A stretch of DNA of 64,000 nucleotides from Thermoplasmata archaeon (GCA_034667725.1 JAXDQS010000001.1:173593-237592), one strand, 5' to 3'; positions 29,399-39,289 are shown, counted from the first letter of the stretch. Numbers and translations: made by a program. Notes: generated by a model not told the origin, from the letters alone.

Positions 29399-29600
29399 CG
29401 AGCCGGGGGCCGCCGCGCGCGTGAGCGCGCAGGACCGAGCACGCCCGCCTGCGCGAGCATCGCGAGCGCACGGGCCGAGGGCGCGGCCCCCTCGCCGTGG
29501 GGGCGCAGGGGGCGAAGCCCCCGCGCAGGCGGAACGAACCGCAGTTCGTTCCGAGCCGAACCTGTTCCTTGTCGTTTTAAATACTTCCCGGGATGGAGCG
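29399..29600 (+). repeat. Conserved GC-rich intergenic element, copy A (terminator-like hairpin + BRE/TATA), between giant genes 1 and 2
   Basis: ~200 nt aligning with 34291-34500 at roughly 80% identity by eye (CGAGCCGGGGGCCGCC.GCGCGTGAGCGC.CAGGAC…). A 9-bp-stem hairpin GGAACGAAC-cgcag-GTTCGTTCC lies at 29531-29552 and is followed by CCGAGCCGAACCTGTTCCTTGTCGTTTTAAATAC. Confidence 0.7.
29575..29584 (+). promoter_or_regulatory. Archaeal TATA box (TTTTAAATAC) with upstream purine-rich BRE-like CG, promoter of giant gene 2
   Basis: AT-rich TTTTAAATAC in an otherwise ~70% GC context, ~74 nt upstream of ATG 29658. An identical box precedes giant gene 3. Confidence 0.5.
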
Positions 29601-29657
29601 GACCAAGCACCGGACGCCGGACCTTAGGGCCCGGCTTCCGCCCGCAGGTTGATCCCC

Positions 29658-32600
29658 ATGGCCGCCGGTCCCTCCTCTAAACCTCACGCCTTCCGCAGCG
29701 TCGCCGTCTTGACGGCGCTCCTGGTGGCCGTCCTGGCGCCGCTGATTCCGCAGGCTGTCGCCGACGGGACCAGCCTCAGCATCGCGGTCGGTCCCCACTT
29801 CGAGATCGACACCTCGAGCCCGACGTTCCAGGGCTGCCCCGGGTCGGACGCGACCAGCCCGCAGCTGCGCGCGCGCCCCGACGACGCGGTCGTGCAGACG
29901 CGGACGGTCCGCGTCTTCAACGGCGCCGCCGCCACGCAGACGCAGGTGACGTTCCGCTACACGGTGGCGGGCCCCGGCGCGCCGCCGGTGGACCGCTCCC
30001 TGACCTGGGACGAGGAAGGCTCCTCGGCGGCGGGCTGGACCGTGCAGGCCATCAACACCGGCAGCACGGCGGGCTCCTTCCGGGACCTGGTGTTCAACTC
30101 CGGCTCGCTGGTCCCCGGCGCCGCCGACTTCACCATCGCGTTCCGCGTCCCCACCACCGCCGTCGGCGACGCCGGCACCGCCACGCCTGACCTGTACCCC
30201 ATCAACGTGCGCACGGCCGGCGGCGGCGACTTCGAGTCCACCCCGCAGCCGACCAGCTTCTGCATCCGCGTCGACAACAAGGCGCCCAAGCTCACGGACG
30301 CCGTCACCCGCGACACCGACGCCGACGGCCGCATCGACGCCTACGTCCTCACCTTCGACGAGCCCATGGACACGGCGGCCTCCGCCGCGCAGTTCGAGGT
30401 CAAGAGCGTGACCGACCCCAGCCCCTACCAGCCGCTGGGCTTCCGCGCCTCGCACACCTTCCGCCCCGGCGCCGGCACCAACCTGGGCGAGAAGACCGAC
30501 GCGCTGCTGGACCGCCAGGCCGTCCTCAACCTCGCGCCCGGCTACTCCTACGACACCGGCGAGAAGCCGGACGTCACGTACCCGAAGGGCGGCGCCGTCG
30601 GCGTCATCCAGGACCAGGCCGGCAACAAGCTGGGCAAGATCGTCACCTCCGACGTCTCGGAGCGCGACGGCGCCAAGCCGGTGCTGGTGAGCGCCTACGG
30701 CTTCGACGGCGCCACCAACATCATCCTCACCTTCAGCGAGAAGGTCTCGGGCTCGCGCGCCGACAAGAACCTCGCCCTCGCGGACCTGTTCTACGAGGAC
30801 TCGCTGCAGACCAAGAACTGCATCGGCGCCACCGACGGCGTCTCGGCCGAGCTGGGCGAGCCCAAGCCGAGCCCCGCGCCCGCGCCCGCGACCACCTTCA
30901 TCATCCCGGTGCTCACGAGCCGCGCCGGCGCCGGCTGCACCAGCGTCCGCGTCGGCGACGGCGACTCGCACCCGTCCGCCGGCGACCGCATCAAGTTCTT
31001 CGACACTGGAAACTCGTGCGTCGGCCGCGACTTCGACCCGTGCGGCGCGCCCGTGTACGACGTGGCCAGCCTGCACGCCGTCCCCGCCCGCAACGCGCCG
31101 GTCGTCGTGACCGGGCCGTTTGTGAAGGAGGCCGAGGTCAACATCGACTCGTTCCAGTTGACGCTGCGCTTCAACGGCCCTGTCAGCTCGGCCCGCGGCG
31201 AGGACCAGCCCATCCGGCTGGAGGACCTCGACGTGGTGGCGGCCGACGGCACCGGCCAAGGCCCCGGCGGCATCGTCAACGTGCTGCACCGCCCCGGCTC
31301 CGACAAGGCCATCATCACCCTCGACCGCCGCACCCGCCCGACCGACGTGGACGACACGCCGGCGCGCATCAACATCCAGTGCAACGCGATCAAGGGCACC
31401 GGCCTGCCCAGCTTCGTCCCGTGCGGCGACCCGGACAACGACCGCTCGCCCGACGTCAACATGGTGGACCACACCCCGCCCGCCATCGTGGCCGCCGGCA
31501 CCTACGACGGCAACCGCGACGGCTACATCGACGGCGTCAGCCTGCTGTTCAACGAGCCGGTCGACGACGCCACCTTCTGCATCCAGAAGAACGTCGGCGT
31601 CCAGCCGCGCACCATCGCGCACGACTTCGGCGCCACCCCGGACAACATCTGCAACAACCTGGACATCCTGGAGATCGCGTCCATCCCTGGCCCCTACACC
31701 TTCGACACCGACAAGGTCCAGAACGACGCGCAGGGCATCATCAAGTTCCCGCAGCGCGCCCCGCCGACCTTCAAGCCGGACACCAGCGAATACCTGCCCT
31801 ACTCGATCAAGACCACCGGCGACGGCCTGTTCGCCGACCTGGCCCACCCCGAGCCGCCGACGCCCGGCGTCGAGCCGTGGCAGACCGCGAACCTGATGCT
31901 GCGCATCTCGAAGGACCCGGTCACCTGCCCCGACCCGAACATCCCGTGCGCCACCACGCTCACGGTCGCCGACTGGGCCCCGCCCGTCGTGCTGTCCGCC
32001 CAGACCGTGGACACCAAGCCCGCCGTCAAGCCCTCGGACATCGGCGCCCTCGGCTCCGACCCCGTGCCCGACCTCGAAGGCGACGGCTTCCTCGACGGCT
32101 ACCGCGTCACCTTCTCGGAGCGCATCGACGACACCTCGTTCAACGCCGCCGAGTGGCAGGTCGCGGGCTACAAGGTCACCGGGATGCGCACCTACGAGCC
32201 GCACGTCACCAAGAAGGCCGACCAGAAGGCCCTCAGCAACGACACGGTCATCACCATCCAGTTCGAGCCCAGCAAGGTGGCCGACACCGACGCGCGCCCC
32301 GAGCTGCACTACCTCGGCTCGACCCAGGCCCGCGCCGGCCTCGACGACCTCGTCGGCAACCGCCTGCTGCCCTTCGGCTCCATCGGCGTCAACGAGGCGG
32401 ACGACGCCGGACCCGTCATCGTCGGCATCGCCGCCATCGCGGGCCGCGCCGACGTGACGCTGCTGTTCAGCGAGCCCGTCGACGACGGCAGCCACGGCGC
32501 CTTGTCGCGCCGCGCCCTCCAGTACGGCAACGTCAACGCCAACAAGGTCGCCGAGAGCGCCGCCTCCGGCATGGCCGACCAGGACGCCGTGGTGCACAAG

Positions 32601-34196
32601 CCGGCCACGCGCTCGGTCGTGATCACCCTCAATGCCCCGCTGAGCACCGGCGACATCAACGACGACACCATCGCGGCCCAGCCGAACTCGGTGTTCGAGA
32701 CCTCGCCGACGGTGCAGGCCAAGAAGGTCGCGTCCTACAAGCCGCACGGCATGGACTTCGCCCGCGACGGCGTGCCCCCGGGCAACGTCACCGCCTCGGT
32801 CGTCGCCCCGCTCATCACCGCCAACTCGGTGACGCTGCAGTGGACCGCGCCCGGCAACGACGGCACCTCGACCCTGCCGGCCCCCGCCCGCGACGGCAAG
32901 ACCTACGCCAACGTCACCGGCTACCTCGTCAAGGTGTCCTCCGAGCCCATCACGCCGGAGAACTTCCTGTCGCCGGCCGCCCCGGGCACCATCGCCTTCG
33001 GCTACTCCGACGCCGCCGCCAAGCCGTTCACCGACGGCTCGCGCAACGAGATGGAGCTGGACGACCTGGTCGCCGTGTTCAACCCGGACCTCGGCGCGCT
33101 CGCCGGCCCCGGTGTCATGCAGCAGGTGACGGTGCGCGGCCTGAAGTCCAACACGCTGTACTACTTCGCCGTGGCCGCGTTCGACGACTCCGCCCCCGAG
33201 CCCCAGCTTGGCGGCATCGGCACCGGCACGGTCAGCGCCACCACGGCCGTCGACCCGACGCCGCCCATCGGCACCCCGGTCATCACCTCGAGCACGCACC
33301 GCCCCGACGTCACCCGCCCCAGCAACAGCAAGACCGCGATTTTCGACTGGACGCCGGCGCGCGACGACGAGTCGCTGGTCACCTACCACACCGCGGTCAA
33401 CCACGACCCCGGCTACGTCGCCACCGCGACCGACGAGATGACCACCCGCCTCAGCAAGGAGGTCGTCGTGTCCACCGAGGGCGTCTGGACCTTCCACGTC
33501 GCCGCGTGCAGCGGCGGCGGCTGCGGCGCCACCGGCCACTACAACTTCGGCGTCGGCTACTCGCCGCTCGACAAGCAGGAGATCCGGGTCGCCAACCAGT
33601 ACGTCAACTTCACGGCCGTCCGCGACGACAAGGCGAAGTCCACCACCATCACGTGGGAGCTGCCGCCCGAGGAGTTCCTGCCGTCGCGCGCCAACCTGGA
33701 GGCCGTCGTGGTGTACCGCCTCGACTGCGAGCCCAGCGCCGGCTGCAAGCCCACCGAGGTCCAGCGCGTCAACGGCGACTACACCAACCTCAAGACCGGC
33801 TCGGTCACGGACACCTCCGACAAGGCGACGCTGGCGTCGGCCTACCGCGTCGACATGGTGTTCGCCTCCGGCCAGGAGCAGGCCGAATCCCTCAGCGGCT
33901 TCTCCAAGGTCCGCGACGTCACCCCGGCCGAGTCCAACCTGATGTGGATCCTCATCGCCATCGGCGCCGTCGTGCTCCTGGCCATCGTGGGCTTCGTCGT
34001 GTACGCCATGCGCCGCAAGGGCCCCGGCGCCGCCGAGGCCTGGACCGAGGACCAGCCGGCCGGCACCGACCCGACCAGCGGCCTGCCGGCGCACGACGTC
34101 CGCTGCCCGAGCTGCCAGACGGCGTTCCAGGCGGTGGGCACGCTGCCGTTGCAGATCACCTGCCCCAACTGCGGCGTCGGTGGCCTGCTCCAGTAA
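29658..34196 (+). CDS. Giant type-I membrane surface protein paralog 2 (1512 aa) with identical C-terminal TM + zinc-ribbon architecture
   Basis: Signal peptide MAAGPSSKPHAFRSVAVLTALLVAVLAPLIPQAVA. Repeats carry DTDADGRIDAYVLTFDEPM, DGNRDGYIDGVSLLFNEPVDD and LEGDGFLDGYRVTFSERIDD. FN3-like region (…VTLQWTAPGNDG…). TM WILIAIGAVVLLAIVGFVVYAM, then a tail …TSGLPAHDVRCPSCQTAFQAVGTLPLQITCPNCGVGGLLQ. Alternative TTG start at 29649. Confidence 0.8.
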   Translation: MAAGPSSKPHAFRSVAVLTALLVAVLAPLIPQAVADGTSLSIAVGPHFEIDTSSPTFQGCPGSDATSPQLRARPDDAVVQTRTVRVFNGAAATQTQVTFRYTVAGPGAPPVDRSLTWDEEGSSAAGWTVQAINTGSTAGSFRDLVFNSGSLVPGAADFTIAFRVPTTAVGDAGTATPDLYPINVRTAGGGDFESTPQPTSFCIRVDNKAPKLTDAVTRDTDADGRIDAYVLTFDEPMDTAASAAQFEVKSVTDPSPYQPLGFRASHTFRPGAGTNLGEKTDALLDRQAVLNLAPGYSYDTGEKPDVTYPKGGAVGVIQDQAGNKLGKIVTSDVSERDGAKPVLVSAYGFDGATNIILTFSEKVSGSRADKNLALADLFYEDSLQTKNCIGATDGVSAELGEPKPSPAPAPATTFIIPVLTSRAGAGCTSVRVGDGDSHPSAGDRIKFFDTGNSCVGRDFDPCGAPVYDVASLHAVPARNAPVVVTGPFVKEAEVNIDSFQLTLRFNGPVSSARGEDQPIRLEDLDVVAADGTGQGPGGIVNVLHRPGSDKAIITLDRRTRPTDVDDTPARINIQCNAIKGTGLPSFVPCGDPDNDRSPDVNMVDHTPPAIVAAGTYDGNRDGYIDGVSLLFNEPVDDATFCIQKNVGVQPRTIAHDFGATPDNICNNLDILEIASIPGPYTFDTDKVQNDAQGIIKFPQRAPPTFKPDTSEYLPYSIKTTGDGLFADLAHPEPPTPGVEPWQTANLMLRISKDPVTCPDPNIPCATTLTVADWAPPVVLSAQTVDTKPAVKPSDIGALGSDPVPDLEGDGFLDGYRVTFSERIDDTSFNAAEWQVAGYKVTGMRTYEPHVTKKADQKALSNDTVITIQFEPSKVADTDARPELHYLGSTQARAGLDDLVGNRLLPFGSIGVNEADDAGPVIVGIAAIAGRADVTLLFSEPVDDGSHGALSRRALQYGNVNANKVAESAASGMADQDAVVHKPATRSVVITLNAPLSTGDINDDTIAAQPNSVFETSPTVQAKKVASYKPHGMDFARDGVPPGNVTASVVAPLITANSVTLQWTAPGNDGTSTLPAPARDGKTYANVTGYLVKVSSEPITPENFLSPAAPGTIAFGYSDAAAKPFTDGSRNEMELDDLVAVFNPDLGALAGPGVMQQVTVRGLKSNTLYYFAVAAFDDSAPEPQLGGIGTGTVSATTAVDPTPPIGTPVITSSTHRPDVTRPSNSKTAIFDWTPARDDESLVTYHTAVNHDPGYVATATDEMTTRLSKEVVVSTEGVWTFHVAACSGGGCGATGHYNFGVGYSPLDKQEIRVANQYVNFTAVRDDKAKSTTITWELPPEEFLPSRANLEAVVVYRLDCEPSAGCKPTEVQRVNGDYTNLKTGSVTDTSDKATLASAYRVDMVFASGQEQAESLSGFSKVRDVTPAESNLMWILIAIGAVVLLAIVGFVVYAMRRKGPGAAEAWTEDQPAGTDPTSGLPAHDVRCPSCQTAFQAVGTLPLQITCPNCGVGGLLQ

Positions 34197-34290
34197 AGCC
34201 GAGACGGCCCTTTTTCCTTTCCTTCTCCCTGTTTTCGTCCCCACTGGACACAGATTCCACAGATTCGCTGGAAGCTGGCGGGTCGAGCGT

Positions 34291-34500
34291 CGAGCCGGGG
34301 GCCGCCGTGCGCGTGAGCGCACAGGACGAGCGGGCCGGCCCGTGCGAGCGAAGCGAGCGCGCCGGCGCGAGGAGCGGCCCCCAAGCCGGGGGGTCGCAGG
34401 GGCGCAGCCCCCGTTCCCAACAGGCGGGACGAACCGCGCAGCGTGTTCGTCCCGAGCCGAATCTGTTCCTTGGCGTTTTAAATACCCCCAGGATTGGATG
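34291..34500 (+). repeat. Conserved GC-rich intergenic element, copy B, between giant genes 2 and 3
   Basis: Same element as copy A. The hairpin GGGACGAAC-cgcgcagcgt-GTTCGTCCC at 34426-34453 shows compensatory A:T→G:C changes on both stem arms relative to copy A. It is followed by CCGAGCCGAATCTGTTCCTTGGCGTTTTAAATAC. Confidence 0.7.
34476..34485 (+). promoter_or_regulatory. Archaeal TATA box (TTTTAAATAC), promoter of giant gene 3
   Basis: Identical TATA sequence to the giant-2 promoter, ~36 nt upstream of ATG 34521. The conserved flanks are GTTCCTTG[G/T]CGTTTTAAATAC. Confidence 0.5.
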
Positions 34501-34520
34501 CCTTACCCCGCTGGTGGCGT

Positions 34521-37500
34521 ATGGTCAACCGAAAATCCGCGTCCCTCCCCTACGTGCTGGCTTTCCTGATGGTGTTCTCCATCTCGCAAGCCATCGTGCC
34601 CGAGGCGGAGGCAGGCGTCGCCCCCGCTGGCCTCATGAGCGTCTCCGTCGAGCCCAGCTTCACGACCAACGTCATCATGGTCAAGCAGGGCATCAGCGCC
34701 GAGCGCCTGGTGCGGGTGTCGCAGGGCGACCCGCTCAACCCGATGACGACCATCGAGTTCGTCTGGTTCATGCGCGACGACACTTCGACGCCGGCCTGCC
34801 GCGGCCCGCCGCGCGACCTGTGCGCCACGGCCGTCAAGTTCGACTGGATCAAGGAGACCAGCTACGCCATGCGCCCCGGCTGGAAGGTCGAGGCCGCCAC
34901 CTCCACGGCCGCCAAGATCCTCCGCTTCGTCTCCGACGGCACCCAGGAGCTGCGCTCGGGCACGCCGCAGGACTTCAACGTCGCCTTCAGCCAGCGCGGC
35001 GCCGCCCAGGACGACGAGTACCACATCCAGGTCCGCGGCTACTGCGGCGCCGAGTGCCAGCCCGGGGTCGCCTTCGAGACCACCTGCGCCAGCACCCGCG
35101 CCCCCGAGTTCACCTGCATCCACACCAACCCGCCCTTCACCGGCGCCGCCCCGATCCCCGCGGCGGACTGCAACGCGCCCTGCGGCCAGCTGCCGAGCCT
35201 GGTGCTGCGCATCGACAGCGTGCCCCCGGACCCGCCGGCGGTCATCATGCAGGACATCGACCACAACGGCCACATCGACCGCTTCGTGGCGGACTTCCCC
35301 AAGAAGCTCGACGCCAAGTCGTTCGACGCCCGCCTGTTCACCCTCACCGCCCGCGGCCGCCTGTTCGGCTCCAGCCTCACGGACGCCGGCTACACCATCC
35401 AGAACGCCTACTTCGTCAACCCGGACAACCCGGTGCGCGTGGTCTTCCTGGTCAACGAGATGCCGTACTACGACACCGGCGACCAGGTCAACCTGCGCTA
35501 CGCCGGCACCAGCCTGCGCGACGAGGCCGGCAACCCGCTGCGCGGCATCAACGTCCAGGCCACCGACCGCGCCCCGCCGGTCATCGTCGCCGCCTACGGC
35601 CTCCAGGGCTACGACGGCGTCCACGTGACCTTCAGCGAGCCGGTCGTCGGCACCGGCAACGCCCAGGACCCCGCCACCGGCGTCGGCCTGCAGGACCTGC
35701 TGTTCTTCGACGACGGCGGCAGCGCCCCCGACAGCAAGGTCGGCTGCCCCGCCGCGAGCCCGTGCGTCCTGAGCATCGCCGACTCCCGCTTCGGCGCCAT
35801 CACGCACCAGCCCGGCCCCCGCACCGGCCACCAGGCCACCATCAAGACCTCGATCAACCCGGTCACGAGCACGCCCTACACCTTCGGCCCCAACGACGTG
35901 CACCCGCTCAAGGGCGACATGCTCGGCGTCGCCTCCAGCGGCGCCGCCTGCGCCCCCGGCGAGGACCCGCCCTGCGACTCGAAGATCAAGGACGCGGCCG
36001 GCCTCAAGATGTGGCACCCGCTCACGGCCCCCGCGTCCGTCCGGCACATCACCCGCCCCCTCCTGGTGCGCGCCGAGGTCGACATCGGCTCCGACGCCCT
36101 CAAGCTCTGGTTCAACGGCCCCGTGCGCGCCGCCAAGGAGCCCGGCGTCACGACGCCCCAGCCGATCTCGGTGTCCAACATGGACATCGTGACGGCGGCC
36201 GGCACCGGCGTCGGCCCCCAGGGCCTCATCGGCGACTACTTCCGCGCCGTCGACCAGGACTTCATCGTCGTCAAGCTCGACGCCAAGGCCCGCCCCACCG
36301 ACGTCGACGCGACCCCGACCTCGATCCGCCCGCACTGCAAGAAGATCGTCGGCAGCGGCCTCCCCGAGACCAACGACCAGGCGTTCCTGCCGTGCGACAA
36401 CCCGGACCTGTTCTACGAGCAGGAAGCCCGCGTCAAGGGCACCGGCACCTTGGACGCCAAGGGCCGCGACCACGACCTGCCGTCGCCCGGCGCCGCCTTC
36501 GTGGACGACACGCCGCCGCGCATCGTCCAGGTCCGCACCGTGGACACCGACCACAACGGCTGGCTCGACGGCCTCGAGCTCACCATGAGCGAGCCCGTGG
36601 ACGACGTCACGTTCTGCTCGAACGCCAACACCGCCCCCAACTTCTGCCCCGACTCCTGGACCCCGGTCGGCGGCATCTCCCAGGTCGGCCTCGTGATGAT
36701 GCAGAACCTGCGCGCCACCGACGACCGCTCGCAGGAGTGCCTCGGCCTCTACCGCTGGGAGACCGGCCTGGTGGTCAACGACAACGTCGGCATCATCAAG
36801 GCCATCAACGTCGAGCGCAGCCCCACCGGCGAGTACATCGTGACCAGCCGCGACTGCGTCGAGCGCTACTTCAACCAGGACACCGGCATCCGCATGGACA
36901 CCGGCCACCTGCCGACCTTCACCACCACGGCGCGCGGCCTGTTCGCCGACCTGTCGGTGCCGGAGAACCGGATGCCGCAGTACTGCCAGCTGCAGCGCCT
37001 CACCCACTTCCACCACCCGGACGCCGCCACCACCAAGGACTGCGGCCTCCTGGCCAGCACCAAGGCGCAGTACACCGCCCCCGTCTCCGACGGCGCCCCG
37101 CCGGTCGTCATGGCCGCCCGCACCGTGGACACGCCCGCCGTCAACAAGGACGGCATCCCGGACAAGCCCGCCGTGAACCTCTGGGGCGACGGCCGCATCG
37201 ACGGCTACCGCCTCACCATGAGCGAGTCCGTCAAGGACTCCACCTTCGACCGCCGCGACTGGCTGGTGCAGCGCCTCGGCGCCGCGCAGGCCCCGATCCA
37301 CGAGGTCAACGGCTTCCGCAGCTACGACCTCAACGAGACCCTGGGCGCGCTGCGCTCCAACGACCGCGAGCTCACGGTGCTGTTCAACCCGGACACGGTG
37401 CCCGACACGGACGCCCGCCCCGAGCTGACCTACCGCCGCGACCCCGACAGCAAGGGCCTCGCGGACATCGTCGGCAACGTCATGGTGGACTTCGACGAGT

Positions 37501-39284
37501 TCGCCGTGGTCGAGCAGGACGACTCCCGCCCCGTCATCGTGGGCATCGAAGGCTACGTCGGCGAGCGTGTCCTGACCCTCCACTTCAGCGAGCCCGTGGA
37601 CGACGGCGCCCAAGGCAAGCTGGTGTCGGAGGACTTCTTCTACCACAACAACGACGCGACCACGAACCCCGGCGGTGTTGCCGGCAAGGCGGTGTCCAAC
37701 CCGGAGACGGGACAGGCGGTCAACGTCATCCACGTCCCCGACGTCGACTGCACCGGCAACCTCGAAGAGGACGCCGACGGCTGCAACGAGAAGGCCATCA
37801 TCCCGCTCGACCGCGCCCTCACCAACTCCGACCTGACCACCGACCGCATCAACGCGGAGAAGGACACCATCTACGAGAAGGCCCCCACCGTGGTGCCGGT
37901 GCAGCGCAAGGCGGTGCCGAACTTCCAGCAGAAGCTGTCGGTCGGCGCCGACGTGACGCCCCCGGCCAAGGTCACGGACCTGCGCGTGCAGACCGACGCC
38001 GTGCTCGCCAACTCGGTGCTGCTGGCCTGGACCGCGCCCGCGGACGACAGCCTGGCCGGCGGCGCCGTGACGAGCTACGTCTTCAAGGTGTCCACCAGCG
38101 CCATCGACCCCGCCGGCTTCGACGCCTTGGTCAACCCGAACGGCATCACGCCCGAGTTCGAGCCCGCCGCCATGGCGGCGGTCAACCAGACGCAGACCCT
38201 GCGCCTCGTCGGCTTGAACCCGACCACCCAGTACCACTTCGCCATCCGCGCCGTGGACGAGGCGGGCAACGCCGGCGGCGTCTCCAACGCCGTCACGGCG
38301 CTCACCTCGCGCGACGCCACGGCGCCCGTCGGCACCCTCACGGTCTCGAGCACCAGCCACAAGGCCGGCGAGACGGCCCCCAAGGTGCAGGGCATCTTCT
38401 CGTGGAACAAGCTGGAGGACCCCGAGTCCACCGTCGTGTACCGCTACGCCCTGACCGGCAGCCCCGCCTACCAGGTGCTGGCCGCCGACAAGTCCGTGAC
38501 CGGCACCAGCGTCACCGTCGACATCCCCTCCGAAGGCGACTGGACGTTCCACGTCGCGGCCTTCAGCGGCGGCGGCTCGACCCCGACGGCGCACTTCTCG
38601 TTCGGCCGCGGCTCCCCCGTGCTGGCGGCGGACGCCATCGCCGCCGCCAACGACCGCCTCAAGGACAACGTCGAGATCGTCCGCAAGCCCGTCGAGATCC
38701 AGGACGGCGTCGAGGTCGACCTCAACACCATCACCTGGACCCTGCCGCCCGAGTCGGACCTGCCCGGCACCCTCGAGGCCATCGAGATCTGGCGCCTCGA
38801 CGCCGGCATCCCGACCCTGGTCACGACCCAGCCCGGCAGCTACAGCGAGCTCAAGAGCGGCAACTTCACGGACGTCACCCAAGGCGCGGACGAGAACTCG
38901 CTCTACCGCGTCAACATGGTGTTCGCGCAGGACCAGCGCCAAGCCGACCCAAGCGTCTCCGGCCAGTTCAAGGCCCTCCAGAACCAGACGCCCGGCGAAA
39001 TCCCCGCCTGGGTCTACGTCCTGGCAGGCATCGCGCTGGCGTTGATCATCGCGGGCATCATCATCTACTTCGTGCTGCGCGGCCGCCAGAAGGCCGCCGC
39101 GGCCGGAGGGGTGGCGTACTCGTGGGAGTCGGCCGACCCGGAGGCCCTCGGCATCGACGAGGCCACCGGCCTGCCGGTCCACGAGGTCAAGTGCCCGTCG
39201 TGCAACAACCCGTTCCAGGCGGTGGGCGTCCTGCCCCTGCCGGTGACGTGCCCGACGTGCCAGACGACGGGCATGCTGGAGTAA
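34521..39284 (+). CDS. Giant type-I membrane surface protein paralog 3 (1587 aa) with identical C-terminal TM + zinc-ribbon architecture
   Basis: Signal/anchor MVNRKSASLPYVLAFLMVFSISQAIVPEAEA. Repeats carry DIDHNGHIDRFVADFPKKLD, DTDHNGWLDGLELTMSEPVDD and WGDGRIDGYRLTMSESVKD. FN3-like region (…VLLAWTAPADDS…). TM VYVLAGIALALIIAGIIIYFVL, then a tail …ATGLPVHEVKCPSCNNPFQAVGVLPLPVTCPTCQTTGMLE. Confidence 0.8.
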   Translation: MVNRKSASLPYVLAFLMVFSISQAIVPEAEAGVAPAGLMSVSVEPSFTTNVIMVKQGISAERLVRVSQGDPLNPMTTIEFVWFMRDDTSTPACRGPPRDLCATAVKFDWIKETSYAMRPGWKVEAATSTAAKILRFVSDGTQELRSGTPQDFNVAFSQRGAAQDDEYHIQVRGYCGAECQPGVAFETTCASTRAPEFTCIHTNPPFTGAAPIPAADCNAPCGQLPSLVLRIDSVPPDPPAVIMQDIDHNGHIDRFVADFPKKLDAKSFDARLFTLTARGRLFGSSLTDAGYTIQNAYFVNPDNPVRVVFLVNEMPYYDTGDQVNLRYAGTSLRDEAGNPLRGINVQATDRAPPVIVAAYGLQGYDGVHVTFSEPVVGTGNAQDPATGVGLQDLLFFDDGGSAPDSKVGCPAASPCVLSIADSRFGAITHQPGPRTGHQATIKTSINPVTSTPYTFGPNDVHPLKGDMLGVASSGAACAPGEDPPCDSKIKDAAGLKMWHPLTAPASVRHITRPLLVRAEVDIGSDALKLWFNGPVRAAKEPGVTTPQPISVSNMDIVTAAGTGVGPQGLIGDYFRAVDQDFIVVKLDAKARPTDVDATPTSIRPHCKKIVGSGLPETNDQAFLPCDNPDLFYEQEARVKGTGTLDAKGRDHDLPSPGAAFVDDTPPRIVQVRTVDTDHNGWLDGLELTMSEPVDDVTFCSNANTAPNFCPDSWTPVGGISQVGLVMMQNLRATDDRSQECLGLYRWETGLVVNDNVGIIKAINVERSPTGEYIVTSRDCVERYFNQDTGIRMDTGHLPTFTTTARGLFADLSVPENRMPQYCQLQRLTHFHHPDAATTKDCGLLASTKAQYTAPVSDGAPPVVMAARTVDTPAVNKDGIPDKPAVNLWGDGRIDGYRLTMSESVKDSTFDRRDWLVQRLGAAQAPIHEVNGFRSYDLNETLGALRSNDRELTVLFNPDTVPDTDARPELTYRRDPDSKGLADIVGNVMVDFDEFAVVEQDDSRPVIVGIEGYVGERVLTLHFSEPVDDGAQGKLVSEDFFYHNNDATTNPGGVAGKAVSNPETGQAVNVIHVPDVDCTGNLEEDADGCNEKAIIPLDRALTNSDLTTDRINAEKDTIYEKAPTVVPVQRKAVPNFQQKLSVGADVTPPAKVTDLRVQTDAVLANSVLLAWTAPADDSLAGGAVTSYVFKVSTSAIDPAGFDALVNPNGITPEFEPAAMAAVNQTQTLRLVGLNPTTQYHFAIRAVDEAGNAGGVSNAVTALTSRDATAPVGTLTVSSTSHKAGETAPKVQGIFSWNKLEDPESTVVYRYALTGSPAYQVLAADKSVTGTSVTVDIPSEGDWTFHVAAFSGGGSTPTAHFSFGRGSPVLAADAIAAANDRLKDNVEIVRKPVEIQDGVEVDLNTITWTLPPESDLPGTLEAIEIWRLDAGIPTLVTTQPGSYSELKSGNFTDVTQGADENSLYRVNMVFAQDQRQADPSVSGQFKALQNQTPGEIPAWVYVLAGIALALIIAGIIIYFVLRGRQKAAAAGGVAYSWESADPEALGIDEATGLPVHEVKCPSCNNPFQAVGVLPLPVTCPTCQTTGMLE

Positions 39285-39289
39285 CGCGG

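Noticed and set aside
22759-39284. Interpreting the giants as haloarchaeal S-layer glycoproteins with PGF-CTERM
   Set aside because: They have no PGF tripeptide and the proteome is not acidic. Instead they have a long cytoplasmic tail with a Cys4 ribbon after the TM helix, which is incompatible with archaeosortase-processed PGF-CTERM.
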